From Anaerohalosphaeraceae bacterium (lineage in GTDB: Bacteria; Planctomycetota; Phycisphaerae; Sedimentisphaerales; Anaerohalosphaeraceae), in the NCBI GenBank assembly GCA_050309605.1, contig JBNRMN010000067.1, forward strand, positions 148,136-212,135: a stretch of 64,000 nucleotides of DNA. Direction: 5' to 3'. The position numbers and the translations under genes are program-made. Under the pieces are notes generated by a model that saw only the letters and a list, made by a program, of their open reading frames with translations, did not search any database and had not been told where the DNA came from. This document shows, piece after piece, positions 17,392 to 26,200 of this stretch; positions within the stretch are counted from its first letter, which is position 1, and the number at the start of each line of letters is the position of its first letter.

Positions 17392-17577
17392 CAGCAGAGT
17401 ACCAAGGAAGCTGAATTTCGGATGGGAGAATCCGGGGCGGTTTCGTGGCACACAGCGCGGCGAGCCGACAGGTTTGCCCGAAGCGAAAAAATGCGAGCGA
17501 GATGCCTTCGAGGCGCGGGGCCTTGAGGGTGATGTAAAATAGAGTAACCGAAGAAAAAGAGAAAGGGATGGTGTCAA

Positions 17578-18306
17578 ATGAGAAAAGTTCTGTTAAGTTT
17601 GCTCGTTATGGCTCTGGCAGTCCCGGCGTTCGCGGCGGTTGAGTTTTCCGCGGTGGACAACGGGGATGGAACCGTGTCGGTGGTGATTGACACGGCTGAT
17701 GTCGTGCGCGGTCTGGCCCTGAAGGTGACCTGCAGCGAAGGCGCTGAGCTGGTCGATCTGGAGCCGGAAGTCAACGCGGCGTTCAACACGTTCATCGACT
17801 TTGCTTTTACGACCGAAGCGGGTGCTCCGGGCACGTATGAAGTCGGCGACGGGCATCCGTTTGCGCTGGCTGATGAGGCCGGTGTGGCCGCGGCGGGCGC
17901 AACCGAGTTCAGCATCAGCATGGGCGTGCTGGATGAGGGCGGCAATCAGGAAGGCTTTGTCTCCGAAATCGGCGGCGAAGTGCTGATTACCTTCAAGACC
18001 GGCGCGGGAATGGTGTGCTTTGAGCTGGATACCCTTCGCGGCGGCGTGGTCGGCGATGAGGCCCTGACCACCAACCTCGACGATGAAGGCATCTGTGTCG
18101 CGGTCACCGATGGCCCGGAATGCTGGAACTACCCGAGGTTTGGCGAAGGCGATGGAAATGGCGATGGTGTGATCACTTTTGCGGATTTACAGATATTGAT
18201 TAATGCGTGGGCACCCAATCCTTACAATCCGTGTGCGGACTTCAACAAGGATGGTGTGGTTACATTTGCGGACCTGCAGATTCTCATTAATAACTGGCCG
18301 CAATAG
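17578..18306 (+). CDS. Secreted acidic protein with C-terminal dockerin-like domain
   Basis: Signal peptide ending AFA-A; repeats GDGNGDGVITFADLQILINAW and ADFNKDGVVTFADLQILINNW. Confidence 0.8.
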   Translation: MRKVLLSLLVMALAVPAFAAVEFSAVDNGDGTVSVVIDTADVVRGLALKVTCSEGAELVDLEPEVNAAFNTFIDFAFTTEAGAPGTYEVGDGHPFALADEAGVAAAGATEFSISMGVLDEGGNQEGFVSEIGGEVLITFKTGAGMVCFELDTLRGGVVGDEALTTNLDDEGICVAVTDGPECWNYPRFGEGDGNGDGVITFADLQILINAWAPNPYNPCADFNKDGVVTFADLQILINNWPQ

Positions 18307-18453
18307 TATTGAGAAATAGAGTTTTTCATGTTTTAATGATTCACTCTAAATCAGTATAAGATAAAATTAACACACACTTTACACCAAGTAAGTTAACGTT
18401 AACGTGAGTTTTGTTCGAACAAAAACAACAACAAGTTTTTCGAAAGGGGAACG

Positions 18454-18951
18454 ATGATGAAGAAGTTAATGGTTTTGAGTTTGGTTTTGGCAGTTGGTTC
18501 GATGGCGACAGCAGGTTTGTCTCTGACACCGTCGGAGCCACTCTTGTCTGGGACTTTGTCGATAGTCTTTGAGAAAACTGAAGCCGGTAACTTGGAAGGT
18601 TACGACTTGATCCTTCGAGTAGTCAGTGGCTCAGTCGTTTTCGGCGATGCATCATTAAGTGAAAAAGGTAATTGGATGGTTGCTCCTGCTTTTGTAGCCG
18701 GCGATCAACTGCGCATTTCAGCAGGGGCCTTCCCGGGTTTTGGTTTTTTAGGTCTGACCGAAGCTGATTCAATTTTGACCGTCGATTATGCTGGTGAAGA
18801 AGGTTCTGTAATTGAACTTTGGTCAGTAGCTACGACCATCGGTGGCGTTGACTATAACCAAACCACTTTTGATTCTGTCACGTTGGTTCCCGAGCCGATG
18901 ACGATGGGTCTGCTGGGTGTTGGCGCTCTGTTCCTGCGTCGGCGCAAATAA
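18454..18951 (+). CDS. PEP-CTERM sorting domain protein
   Basis: Signal peptide; C-terminal VPEPMTMGLLGVGALFLRRRK. Confidence 0.9.
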   Translation: MMKKLMVLSLVLAVGSMATAGLSLTPSEPLLSGTLSIVFEKTEAGNLEGYDLILRVVSGSVVFGDASLSEKGNWMVAPAFVAGDQLRISAGAFPGFGFLGLTEADSILTVDYAGEEGSVIELWSVATTIGGVDYNQTTFDSVTLVPEPMTMGLLGVGALFLRRRK

Positions 18952-18995
18952 GCGAGACCGAACCGCTTAACCAAACTCGTAAAGACAATGTGTGT

Positions 18996-19031
18996 AAAGA
19001 GGCGCAGCCGCTGAGGCGGGCGCCTCTTTTT
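18996..19031 (+). terminator. Rho-independent terminator
   Basis: AAAGAGGCGC...GCGCCTCTTTTT after the PEP-CTERM gene. Confidence 0.7.
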
Positions 19032-19039
19032 ATGTTTAA

Positions 19040-19365
19040 GCTCCTCCCCTGTCAAGGGGAGGTGGCCGCGCAGCGGCCGGAGGGGTATATTACAACCTCC
19101 GGTGCAGGCGGCTCATTAATTGTTTACCTTTTGGATGCCGCCCTATGCTGTATGTCACCATAGAGGCGCTCAGGTCGCTTCCCAGCGTTGCCTTATCCTC
19201 CCTATGGCAAAGGCATTATAGCCTGCCCTGCTGGAGTCTTAAAGCGTTAAATCCAAAATACTTATAGTTTTCAAAGAGCATTTTTTATCAACTTTATTGG
19301 ATAAGAGCCTACTTTTTTACACCCCCTCCCCCCTTCGGGGTACTCCCCCTTTGCAGGGGGAGAGC
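19040..19365. repeat. Inverted pair of CTCCCC(T)-N4-(A)GGGGAG REP-like elements enclosing about 230 bp
   Basis: CTCCCCTGTCAAGGGGAG...GGAGGGGT (about 19040-19086) and reverse-oriented ACCCCCTCC...CTCCCCCTTTGCAGGGGGAG (about 19321-19365). Confidence 0.7.
19096..19210 (-). ncRNA. Candidate structured RNA with two internal-loop hairpins
   Basis: TTTAAG-17-TATAAT promoter (19243-19215); stems at 19207-19158 and 19143-19106; GGAGG at the end with no ORF following. Confidence 0.4.
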
Positions 19366-19395
19366 ATTTAGCCGCGAGGCTGTGCCTCTTTTTTA

Positions 19396-19424
19396 TTGAC
19401 CAATGACGATTTAGAGTTTAGAAT
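19396..19424 (+). promoter_or_regulatory. Sigma-70 promoter
   Basis: TTGACC-17-TAGAAT upstream of the nucleotidyltransferase ORF. Confidence 0.6.
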
Positions 19425-19441
19425 TATATTCGTGCCAATCC

Positions 19442-19873
19442 GTGCAATCTGTGGTTGAAAAGAGGGTAACGAGACATGCTCTAACAATCGAACAAATTAA
19501 ACAGGCAGCCCAAAAAGCTGCATTGCATTATCCTATCCGCAAAGTTTTCCTGTTCGGGTCGTATGCGGCCGGATATGCGGATGAGACCAGTGACGTGGAT
19601 ATGCTGGTGGAATTTGCGGCCCATCCAATATCCCTTTTTGAATTGGCGGGCTTTAATCAGGAATTGCGGGACGAGTTGAATACATCGGTAGATACCGTGA
19701 AACTTCCGCTTAAGCAGGACAGCATTATTGATATAAATCAGGCGATTTGCTTGTATGAACGTATGGGAAACCGCAATAAAAAGCATTCCCGAATTGGGCA
19801 GGCAATTATGCGACATATTACGAGACGACCAATAAACCTCTCGACTATCGAAATCCGAAACAAATTCAAATGA
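19442..19873 (+). pseudogene. Minimal nucleotidyltransferase (MNT/MntA-type antitoxin), probably degenerate
   Basis: VFLFGSYAAG...SDVDMLVEF; the SD-preceded ATG 19476 is out of frame (ATG CT CTA ACA); no HEPN partner follows. Confidence 0.65.
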
Positions 19874-19989
19874 CAAAAAACGCAATGCTCCAAACCGGAT
19901 CAAAACCTGATTAAAATTCTTCGTGCTCTTTGTGTCCTTCGTGGTATAATTCAGAAGTCAGAAGACAGAGTTCAGAAAGGAACATTTTC

Positions 19990-20193
19990 ATGAAACTTCG
20001 TATTGTGTTGGAACCCAGCGACGAGGGCGGTTATACAGCTATCGTTCCGGTTCTTCCCGGCTGTATCAGTCAGGGCGACACCCGTCAGCAAGCGCTGGAG
20101 AATATTCAGGAAGCCATCGCGCTTTATCTGGAACCGGTGGACGATGACTATAGCTTAAACGCCGAATCGGAAGTTTTAGAGATCGCTGTATGA
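19990..20193 (+). CDS. hicB: HicB-family antitoxin (UPF0150)
   Basis: EGGYTAIVPVLPGCISQGDTRQQALENIQEAIALYLE. Confidence 0.92.
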   Translation: MKLRIVLEPSDEGGYTAIVPVLPGCISQGDTRQQALENIQEAIALYLEPVDDDYSLNAESEVLEIAV

Positions 20194-20416
20194 GCAAGGT
20201 CCCCAGCCTGGATTATCGACAGGTTATTAATGCACTGAAGCGCGACGGGTGGGTTGTAGTGCGGCAAAAGGGCGTCATATTCGACTGCACAAGCATACGG
20301 CCGACAATATGCTGAAAATTACCATACCTGCCCACAAACCAATCAAGCGATCTACTTTGTCGCATATTCTAAAGCATGCACGAATACGTGTCGATAGATT
20401 GAATAAATTGCTGTAA
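20190..20416 (+). pseudogene. hicA: HicA-family toxin, frameshifted
   Basis: MSKVPSLDYRQVINALKRDGWVVVRQKG, then 1 nt missing at about 20274, continuing (S)HIRLHKH...ITIPAHKPIKRSTLSHIL. Confidence 0.85.
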
Positions 20417-20590
20417 AATGATTGGTTTGTGTCAGGGGTTTAGATTTACCACGGAGAGCACGAAGGTCATGAAGTAAAGAGATAGAGATAAAAAAGAATG
20501 AATTTGAATTCTTCGTGCTCTTTGTGTCCTTTGTGGTTCATATAAATCCGTGTCCATCTGTGTAATCCGCGGTTGATAGAGGAACAGACA

Positions 20591-21112
20591 ATGAACAATT
20601 CAACATTAAAAATTGCGTTTTTCCTTTTGCCTTTTGCCCTTTGCCTTTTGTCCGGCTGTCAGTCTTCGGTGCACAATATGCAGACGGCTTTTCCGAAAGA
20701 ACTGGCGGGCGTTTGGCAGGTGGATTCAGGCCGTAAAGCGGTGGAACTGGACGAGGCGGGCAATCTTGTTTCATTTACCTTAGCGTCAGGTCTGAAGATT
20801 AATATTGCGGAGGGCGGATTGCATAAAAAAGGCCCGACTCAGGGTTCTATGCTTATGATAATCTTGGGGGAGGCGCCAGTTGAATTTGATCACAACACAC
20901 GAGCTTTAAAGATTGCTATTCATTTTGAGGATTATCGGATTGAACTGCCCGGAGTTGATTTTTCCGGTACGATGACGGAAATTCTTGAAGGAACAGTCAA
21001 CAAACACAATACGGAATGGCTGGCCACTTCAACCGTTACCGGTACGGTTGAAAATCTACCGCAGATGGACGATACGACAGATACTCTTTATCTGTTTCGA
21101 AAGGTCAACTAA
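20591..21112 (+). CDS. Hypothetical lipoprotein
   Basis: Lipobox LSGC; ELAGVWQ beta-barrel-like start; lower GC than flanks. Confidence 0.7.
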   Translation: MNNSTLKIAFFLLPFALCLLSGCQSSVHNMQTAFPKELAGVWQVDSGRKAVELDEAGNLVSFTLASGLKINIAEGGLHKKGPTQGSMLMIILGEAPVEFDHNTRALKIAIHFEDYRIELPGVDFSGTMTEILEGTVNKHNTEWLATSTVTGTVENLPQMDDTTDTLYLFRKVN

Positions 21113-21118
21113 TCTGCG

Positions 21119-21658
21119 TTAATAGGCATAGAAGTTTACACCTTCCGAGTCGGTTTCCGGATAATCAAGGCGCACTTCTTTAGTTTTGGGTTTGTATATC
21201 CAGCCGTACTCTCCCGATGCCTCGGCGGGAAAAGATTCCGAATCGCCAAGAATCCGAAAATCATCTTTTTTATTGAAAGGGTTTTTCGGCAATTCGTTAA
21301 AATAAGGACCATAGATATATGAACCACTTTTTGTTTTTTGCAAAATGGTGTCGCCGTTAATGTTGGTACAATAGAGAAGTTGCGCATTTACAATAAATGT
21401 ATGATCCGAGAATACACCGTTCAAGTAGCCTGGCGGCATTCCGTTGTGTTCGGCGGTGTATCTTTCGATGGCTTCTCTGAGGAGTTTTAGGTTGGCTTTG
21501 GCCTGGGTTTCTTTTGCTTTTTGTTGGTGGTTTTGGAATTCGGGGATGACGACGGCGGCCAGGATGCCGAGGATGGAGACGACGATCATCAATTCCACGA
21601 GCGTGAACGCTCGTGGAATTAGTTTTGAGTTTTGAGTTTTGAGTTTTGAGTTTTTCAA
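21119..21658 (-). CDS. Type II secretion pseudopilin GspG-like / prepilin-type protein
   Basis: RAFTLVELMIVVSILGILAAVVIP, LREAIERY, PYFNELPKNPF, GWIY; start uncertain (inside heptamer repeat). Confidence 0.85.
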   Translation of the reverse strand: MKNSKLKTQNSKLIPRAFTLVELMIVVSILGILAAVVIPEFQNHQQKAKETQAKANLKLLREAIERYTAEHNGMPPGYLNGVFSDHTFIVNAQLLYCTNINGDTILQKTKSGSYIYGPYFNELPKNPFNKKDDFRILGDSESFPAEASGEYGWIYKPKTKEVRLDYPETDSEGVNFYAY

Positions 21659-21890
21659 GTTTTTTAGTTCGCAGTTTTTGGTTTATTATATCTTTTTTTA
21701 TGTCGTCATATCTATACACGGTGTACTTATCGGCCTGTTTTTTGCACGGATTCACTGATTTTCACTGATTTTTAACCGCGGATTACGGGGCTTGCGGGGA
21801 TTTTTTATTTTTCTATTTAATCCTTATGATTTATAGTTTGGTTTACTCTGTGTAATCCGTGAAATCTGTGGTTTCAATGAAGAGGTTATT

Positions 21891-23156
21891 ATGAATGTTT
21901 TATTGGTTGGCAGCGGGGGTCGCGAGCACGCGCTGGCGTGGAAGTTGGCTCAATCAAAGAAGTTAGATCATTTGTACATTGCGCCGGGCAATCCGGGGAC
22001 AGCGGCATTCGGGACAAATGTCGATATTGCAGACACAGAAATTGATCGTCTGGTTGAATTCGCCCAGGGCAAGCAGGTTGATCTGGCGGTGATTGGGCCG
22101 GAAGATCCGCTGGCGGCCGGGGCGGTGGACGCCTTCGAGGCCGCGGGCATCAAGGCGTTCGGGCCGAGCAAGGCCGCGGCCAAGCTGGAGGCCGACAAGG
22201 CATTTGCCAAGCAGATTATGCGGGCCAACAGTATTCCCACGGCTGAAAGCCGGACGTTTACCGATTTCAAGGACGCCAAGGCGTATATCGCCAGTCGGGA
22301 TGAGGCGGTGGTGGTCAAGGCTGCCGGGCTGGCCAAGGGCAAGGGGGTGTTCGTGTGTGATGAGCCGTCCGAGGCGATTTTGGCCGCCGAGCGGATTATG
22401 GTCGATGGCCTCTTCGGCGACGCGGGGCGGGTGGTTGTGGTTGAGGATAAGCTGCTGGGACAGGAGGCGTCGATTCTGGCATTTGTGGATGGGCGGAGTA
22501 TCTATGTAATGGAAAGTGCCCAGGATCACAAGCCCATCGGCGAGGGGGATACGGGCGATAATACCGGCGGGATGGGGGCGTACAGTCCGGCGCCGATTGT
22601 GACGGAGAAATTGCTGGCTCAGATTGTGCGCGAGGTGCTGGTGCCGACGGTTGATGGGATGAATCGCAACGAGACGCCGTACAAGGGGGTGCTGTATGCG
22701 GGGATGATGCTGACCCAGGGCGGGCCGCGTGTGCTGGAGTTTAATGTGCGGTTCGGCGATCCGGAGACGCAGCCGATTTTGATGCGGATGAAGGGGGATT
22801 TGCTGGAGGTGATGCTGGCGGTGTGCGAGGGCAGGCTGGATCAGGTGAGTCTGGATTGGGACAAGCGTCCGGCGGTGTGTGTGGTGATGGCCTCGGGCGG
22901 ATATCCGGGAGCGTATGAGAAGGGCAAAGAGATTTTGGGGCTGGAGGAAGCGGGGAAAATGGAAGATGTGATGGTGTTTCATGCCGGTACGGCCACACGC
23001 GACGGGCAGATTGTCACCAGCGGCGGGCGTGTGCTGGGGGTAACGGCACTGGGCGAAACGATAGCCCGGGCCAAGTCACGGGCCTATGAGGCGGTGGACA
23101 AGATTTCGTTTGAGGGGGCATACTATCGTCGGGATATTGCGGATAAGGCGATTTGA
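21891..23156 (+). CDS. purD: Phosphoribosylamine-glycine ligase
   Basis: GSGGREHALAW, QDHK, NTGGMGAYSP, EFNVRFGDPETQ, TSGGRVL. Confidence 0.98.
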   Translation: MNVLLVGSGGREHALAWKLAQSKKLDHLYIAPGNPGTAAFGTNVDIADTEIDRLVEFAQGKQVDLAVIGPEDPLAAGAVDAFEAAGIKAFGPSKAAAKLEADKAFAKQIMRANSIPTAESRTFTDFKDAKAYIASRDEAVVVKAAGLAKGKGVFVCDEPSEAILAAERIMVDGLFGDAGRVVVVEDKLLGQEASILAFVDGRSIYVMESAQDHKPIGEGDTGDNTGGMGAYSPAPIVTEKLLAQIVREVLVPTVDGMNRNETPYKGVLYAGMMLTQGGPRVLEFNVRFGDPETQPILMRMKGDLLEVMLAVCEGRLDQVSLDWDKRPAVCVVMASGGYPGAYEKGKEILGLEEAGKMEDVMVFHAGTATRDGQIVTSGGRVLGVTALGETIARAKSRAYEAVDKISFEGAYYRRDIADKAI

Positions 23157-23230
23157 TTGTTGTTCGTTTGCAGGTCGTCGTTTTGAGTTTTGAATTGGAT
23201 TGGTCAGCGGCGTTCGATTGATGTTAACAG

Positions 23231-26200
23231 ATGGGTAAGATGCGCAGGGTTATGCGATGGCTGGGGCGGTGGCTGCTGCGGCTTGCGGTGTGGTCGGCGG
23301 TGACGGCGGGGCTTGCGTATGGGGCGAGCCGATGGTATCTGCCGGCGGTGGTGCAGCGTCAGCTTTCGCAGCGATTGCCGGAGGCGGCGGTGGCGGTGCA
23401 GGGGGCGCGGTTCAGCGGTCTGGGCGTGCTGATTAAGGGGCTGTCGGTTGCGGAGGATGAATCGCTATTGGCCAATTCACCGATTTTTTTTGCGGAACGT
23501 GTGCGGGTCAGTTATACGCCGGGCAAGTTGGTGCAGCGTCAGTTGTCAATCGGTTCGGCGGTGGTCGCCGATGCGGTGCTGACGATTGAATATGAGAAGG
23601 GCAAAGGCTGGAATGTGCAGCGGTTGGGAGCGGTTGCCGGCGAAGCGTCCGCCGCTGGGCTGCCGCTGGTGCGTGTGGAGCGTGCGGCGGTTCGCGTGCG
23701 GCGGAACGAGGCGGGCAACGTGGAGACGATTACGGCGGTGGGGCTGAACGGGCGGATGGCCGCGGCGGGCGATGAGGGGTTGTATGGGTTTTCCTTTCAG
23801 GCGGATGATCGGCTGGCGCTGTCGGGCAGTTGGGCGGAAGGGACGTTACGCCTCGGCGATGGCGAGGTGATGCATCGTCTGCGTTTGACGGGGCAATTAC
23901 GGATGCCGCGGACGCGGATACTGGACAATGCCTGGAATGTGGATGATGTTCAGTTGGCCTGTGCGTTTGACGCCGAGTCGGTGGAGGTTGAGCGTTTGAC
24001 GTTTCGGATGGGTCAGGGTGTGGGCGAAGCTTCAGGACGTGCGAAGCTCTTGCGAGAAGGAGGGTTTGAGGCGTCGGTTGATCTGACGGGGTTTTCGTTG
24101 ACGGATGCGCCGGCGGTTGACGCCGTGGTGTACGGGCAGTCGGTGCTGGAGTTGCTGGGGCCGGCGGCGTCGCGATTTTTGAATCGTTTTCGGCCGCGGG
24201 GGGCAGGCGATGTGCATCTGCAAGTCCGCGGGCGATGGGATCATCTGCGAGAGGCGGAGGTGTACGGGCAGGTGATCTGTCGGGACATTTCGGTGCAGGA
24301 CGAGCGGTTTCCCTATCGATTGGAGCACATGGCCGGGACGATTGAGTTTTCGGGGCGGTCCCTGACGCTCAATCGGCTTGTGTGTCGGCACGGCGAGTCG
24401 GAGTTTGCCATTGAGGGTGGTGTTGATGGGTTCGGTCCGAATGCGGAGCTTTGGCTGCGCGTGGTCAGCGGGCAGATTCGGTTTGATGAGGATGTCTATC
24501 GGGCGCTGGGGCCGGAGGCCAAGCGGCTGTGGTTTACATTTATGCCGTCGGGGACGGGGGCGATTGATCATCGGTACCGGCGGTTCGGCGATGGTCGGCG
24601 AACGCGGCGGCTGGAGGTCGAATTGATTGATGCGGCGGTGATGTATGAGCATTTTCCCTATCCGCTGGAGCATTTGACAGGGCGCGTGGTGTTTGAGCCG
24701 AATTGGGTTATGCTGTCAAATGTCAGGGCGGCCTATCCGGACGGCCGCAGCGTGGCGATTAGCGGAACGGCGGCGGGCAGCGACGATTTTTCGATTCGTA
24801 TTCACGCGAATCGGATACCGGTGGACGCGATGCTGCTTGAGGCGATGATGGCAACGCAGCGGGATTATTTGGAGCGGTTTGAAATCGACGGAGGGATGGT
24901 GTCCGCTGAAATTAATGTGTTTGCCGATCCGTCGGGCGAGCGCCCGTTTGATTATCGGATTGACACGGAGGTGTCGGCGGATCGCTTCGTGTACGCAGAT
25001 TTTGCGGTGCCGCTGGAGGATGTGCGGATTACGGCCGAAGCAAAGCCCCGGACAATTGAATTGGAACGGTTGACGGGCCGCAGCGGACAGGGTCGCTTAT
25101 CGTTGTCCGGGCGTTTAACAGAGCAGGGTGTTGATCCCGATTTGCCCGGCGTGTGTCTGGATATTGAGGCGACGGCGTTTCCGCTGACAGAGGCTTTCTG
25201 GGCGGCTGCTGAACGGCATATCCGGGCGGATATGTTTAAGATCAGGCCGTATGGCCCGGTCCATGTCTCAGGTCGCTGGGGTCGGAATCTACCTGAAGCG
25301 GAGTGTGCGCCAATGGATGTGACCGTGGTCTGTCATGCGACGCCGCTGCGGATGGACGGGCAAACGGCCGGCGAGGCCTTCGGGACGGTGCGGATAGAAA
25401 AGCAGCATGTTCGACTGGAGCATTTTCGTATTGAGCAGGCGGCACTGACTGAGTCACTGGCCGCGGTCATGCCGGATCGGATGCGACAGGCTTATGAGCC
25501 AATGGACCTGTCGGGACGGATTGATGTGTCGGTTTCGACGGCGGTGCTGACGCTGGACGAAGAGGGATTTAGCGGTTTGGAAGCGGCCGGGCGATTGTCC
25601 ATGAAGGAGGTCAAGAGTCGAACGACGGATTTTGTGGAACGGCTGAACGGATCTATTGAAGGACGTTTTTCTGTTGACGCCGATCAGGTTGTCCAGGAAC
25701 TGGAGGCGTTTTACCAAATGGAAGGATTTCGTTTCCGCGGACGTGACATTGACCGGCTTTCGGGGCAGGTGGTGTTTGATCCGAATGACGGAGTACTCGT
25801 GAGTCGGAATTTTTCAGCGGTGCTGGGGCAAGGCATTGCAAACGGTTCATTGACGATGGATATTCAGGGGTCTCAGTCGTTTTTAGACTATACACTTGAC
25901 CTGATGTTTGAGGGGCTTGATGTGGCTCGGCTGGTTTCAGCCGGTCAGGTATTTGAACGGAACGATACCGGGGAGCGAGGAAAAGTGAAAGGAACGCTGA
26001 GCCTTCAGGGGCGCGCCGGGCGGAGCGAAATGAAACAAGGTCGGTTGATCGCGACGGTTTCCGAGATGAGGCTTGGCAGACAGTCGCTGATCGGTAAGGT
26101 TCTGACGGCGATCCAGTTCCGCGAGCCGAAAGATTATGTTTTCAATCGGATGGAACTGGATGCCTTTATTCGAGGCGACGAAGCGGTGCTGGACCGTATT

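Larger units (their letters stand above)
19915..20537. repeat. About 31-bp direct repeats of nonamer subunits flanking hicBA
   Basis: AATTCTTCGTGCTCTTTGTGTCCTT(C/T)GTGGT at about 19915 and 20507; inverted relative ACCACGGAGAGCACGAAG at about 20448. Confidence 0.8.

Noticed and set aside
17395..17577. Known riboswitch such as c-di-GMP-I
   Set aside because: Core consensus elements were not recognised; kept only as a structured leader.
20262..20280. Programmed -1 frameshift producing HicA
   Set aside because: CAAAAGGG is not a canonical slippery heptamer and no stimulatory structure is evident; a 1-nt deletion or sequencing error is simpler.
19390..21890. Integron cassette array
   Set aside because: No intI and no attC pattern (RYYYAAC...GTTRRRY) seen; the boundaries are short tandem repeats.
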